64,000 nt of DNA from Gammaproteobacteria bacterium F7 (GTDB lineage Bacteria > Pseudomonadota > Gammaproteobacteria > Pseudomonadales > IMCC2047): contig LUKI01000006.1 of assembly GCA_001593685.1 (NCBI GenBank), positions 1,085 to 65,084 on the forward strand. Reading direction: 5' to 3'. The position numbers and the translations under genes are program-made. Below are positions 62,093 through 64,000 of the stretch, one piece after another. The first letter of the stretch is position 1, and every line of letters begins with the position of its first letter. Under the pieces are notes generated by a model. The model saw nothing but the letters and a program-made list of their open reading frames with translations, searched no databases and was not told the origin of the DNA.

Positions 62093-63073
62093 TTAAACCA
62101 GTGAGTCAGCTGCCACGGCTGGCGCGGCAGTAGATTCACTGATTTCCGTATCAGCATTTTTATGCTGCTCAATAAGGCTTAGTAGATTATCGGTAATTTC
62201 AACAAGTGCCTTAGCCGCAGGTGATTTTGGCGCATAACCAGCTACTGGCTGGAAGGCGCCAATGGACTGTTCAACAGCGGTGTCCACGGGGATTTCCCCC
62301 AGTTTGGTAATGCTCTGCACGCCGACATATTTTTTTAGCAGTTGCTGTAATTGCAGTATGTGGATTTTCTTTTTCTTATCGCCAGAACGGTTAGCGACCA
62401 AAAGTGGCCGGAAATTTTTTACCGCCTGCTGTGCGGCTTCGCGTTTCTCTTGCCCTGCTTCCCCTGCGAGAGAGAAAATCTGCTCGATATTTTGAACATT
62501 GGTTTTAGCGATGGTTTTACGAATATCGTCATTAGCAAGAAATACCGACAAGGCTTTACGAATAACGGCCAACTTAACAAAGCGGTATAAGTCCAGCACC
62601 GACGTAGGCTCTGGTGTAGAAATACACAGGTTATAATCACCCAGCATAAAATAATCCAGAGTGTTGAGATTGGTACCCGCACCAACATCAATAACCACAA
62701 AATCGGAATCCAGCTTGTGAATATGGCGTACTAACTTTTCGCGAGCTGCGGCAGGAATGTTAGCGGTATACATCGACTCTCCCATACCAGGAATCAGACG
62801 TAACCTATTGAAAGATTTAAGCTCCATCGTCACATCCTGTAACGAGTCGACACGACGCAGCATAAAGTCTGCCAGCGTGTATTCAGGCTTAAAAACACCA
62901 AACATAATATGTGAATTAGCGCCGCCCGCATCAAGATCAATCAACGTAACCTTATAGCCTTTACCGGCCAGCAATACGGCTAAGTTGGCACTCAGCATAC
63001 TTTTACCAACGCCGCCTTTGCCGGAGCCAATAGAAACAATGGTCGTCATCTGTAGTTGATCTCGCTTTACCAA
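62093..63073 (-). CDS. MinD/FlhG(FleN)-like P-loop ATPase (start may be the ATG at 63049)
   Basis: SGKGGVGKS deviant Walker A, DLDAGGAN, IDVGAG, TPEPTS..D.Y, V.NR. Confidence 0.82.
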   Translation of the reverse strand: MVKRDQLQMTTIVSIGSGKGGVGKSMLSANLAVLLAGKGYKVTLIDLDAGGANSHIMFGVFKPEYTLADFMLRRVDSLQDVTMELKSFNRLRLIPGMGESMYTANIPAAAREKLVRHIHKLDSDFVVIDVGAGTNLNTLDYFMLGDYNLCISTPEPTSVLDLYRFVKLAVIRKALSVFLANDDIRKTIAKTNVQNIEQIFSLAGEAGQEKREAAQQAVKNFRPLLVANRSGDKKKKIHILQLQQLLKKYVGVQSITKLGEIPVDTAVEQSIGAFQPVAGYAPKSPAAKALVEITDNLLSLIEQHKNADTEISESTAAPAVAADSLV

Positions 63074-63458
63074 TAATGTTGATGTTGTCTAGCGTTTTAC
63101 CGAAACGGCGAGCGTCAATAAAACAGCAACTGAATACGAACAACACCAATATGCATGTAATGTGCCATAAATCCCGCTGCTTGCTACCCTATTATGTCAA
63201 CCAATTGGGCAGTCTTAAATGCATAACCCACACATTTCTGGACTCTATGAAAGTGCAATCCATAATAACCGTAGTTTATGTTAAACATAGATATTCTTTC
63301 ATATCTTTAATATCAATAAGTTACGGCTCAATCTCAGCTAATGTCTACAAACCATTCTCTTAACTTTAGCACCGGTTTCCGGTAGAATACGCGCCTTTCG
63401 AGCGTGAACCAAATCTCCTTGGTTCCACGGACATGTTCACAATCCACTGGAGGTTTGA

Positions 63459-64000
63459 ATGAGCTTATATTCAGAATATATGGATGAAATCGCAACCCGT
63501 AAAAAAGAGTTGGGATTAAATCCAAAGCCAATTGATAGCGCTGAGCTGCTGTCAGAAATTATTGACCAGATCAAAGATACTGGTAACGCAAACCGTGAAG
63601 ACTCTCTAAAGTTCTTTATCTACAACACCCTGCCAGGCACTACCCCTGCTGCAGGCGTTAAAGCTAAGTTTCTGAAAGACATCGTACTGGGTAAAGAAGC
63701 TGTTGCTGAAATCAGCCCTGAGTTTGCTCTGGAACAGCTGTCTCACATGAAAGGTGGTCCTTCTGTTGAAGTATTGCTGGATATTGCGCTTTCTGACGAC
63801 GCACAAGCTGCCGCGGCTGCTGAGGTTCTGAAGTCTCAAGTATTCCTGTACGAAGCCGACTACGATCGTCTCAGCGACGCTTTCAAAGCTGGCAACGCTA
63901 TTGCTAAAGAGATTCTGGAAAGCTATTCCAAAGCCGAGTTCTTCACCAAACTGCCAGACATCGACGAAAAAATTGATGTTGTTACCTACATCGCTGCTGA
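63459..64000 (+). CDS. acnB: Aconitate hydratase B, 5' part (runs off the window)
   Basis: GGAGG RBS; manual translation MSLYSEYMDEIATRKKELGLNPKPIDSAELL...NTLPGTT.AA.VKA.FL...LSHMKGG...SYSKAEFFT, the AcnB N-terminal HEAT-like domain. Confidence 0.88.
   Translation, partial: MSLYSEYMDEIATRKKELGLNPKPIDSAELLSEIIDQIKDTGNANREDSLKFFIYNTLPGTTPAAGVKAKFLKDIVLGKEAVAEISPEFALEQLSHMKGGPSVEVLLDIALSDDAQAAAAAEVLKSQVFLYEADYDRLSDAFKAGNAIAKEILESYSKAEFFTKLPDIDEKIDVVTYIAA

Noticed and set aside
63076-63363. 95-aa ORF between the ATPase gene and acnB
   Set aside because: AT-rich divergent promoter region with no RBS or protein-like features

Overview
64 kb of a gammaproteobacterial chromosome (Pseudomonadales/Cellvibrionales/Oceanospirillales-like synteny; taxon inferred, not determined). 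Mostly housekeeping and metabolic genes: a split glutamate-synthase/N-methylglutamate-synthase-like operon (mgsA/glxB, a fused glxC-glxD, and a GltD-like gene cut by the left edge), c-di-GMP enzymes, rraA, the roxA-purB-hflD-mnmA-nudJ-rluE block, a membrane/stress cluster with sodB and mscS, an RND efflux operon preceded by an internally deleted cytochrome b gene, a TetR regulator with an operator array, a hyi-glxR-ttuD-pyk operon lacking gcl, sohB, ggt, cysB, hprA, an AddAB-like pair, a DAHP synthase, cpdA, xthA, a FlhG/MinD-like ATPase and partial acnB. I saw no tRNA, rRNA, CRISPR array, integrase or transposase. The most notable non-standard structure is at 45.3-46.8 kb. Three copies of a ~26-bp motif (AAAATAAATGCGYCCCCTTTTTT) bracket an AT-rich orphan gene as inverted repeats and delimit a diverged tandem copy of the ggt 3' end, suggesting a motif-directed gene-cassette acquisition hotspot. 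Several structured intergenic elements (3.1-3.4, 17.2-17.35 and 25.95-26.1 kb) are candidate unannotated RNAs or elements. Family assignments come from motif recognition by eye; no database searches were run.
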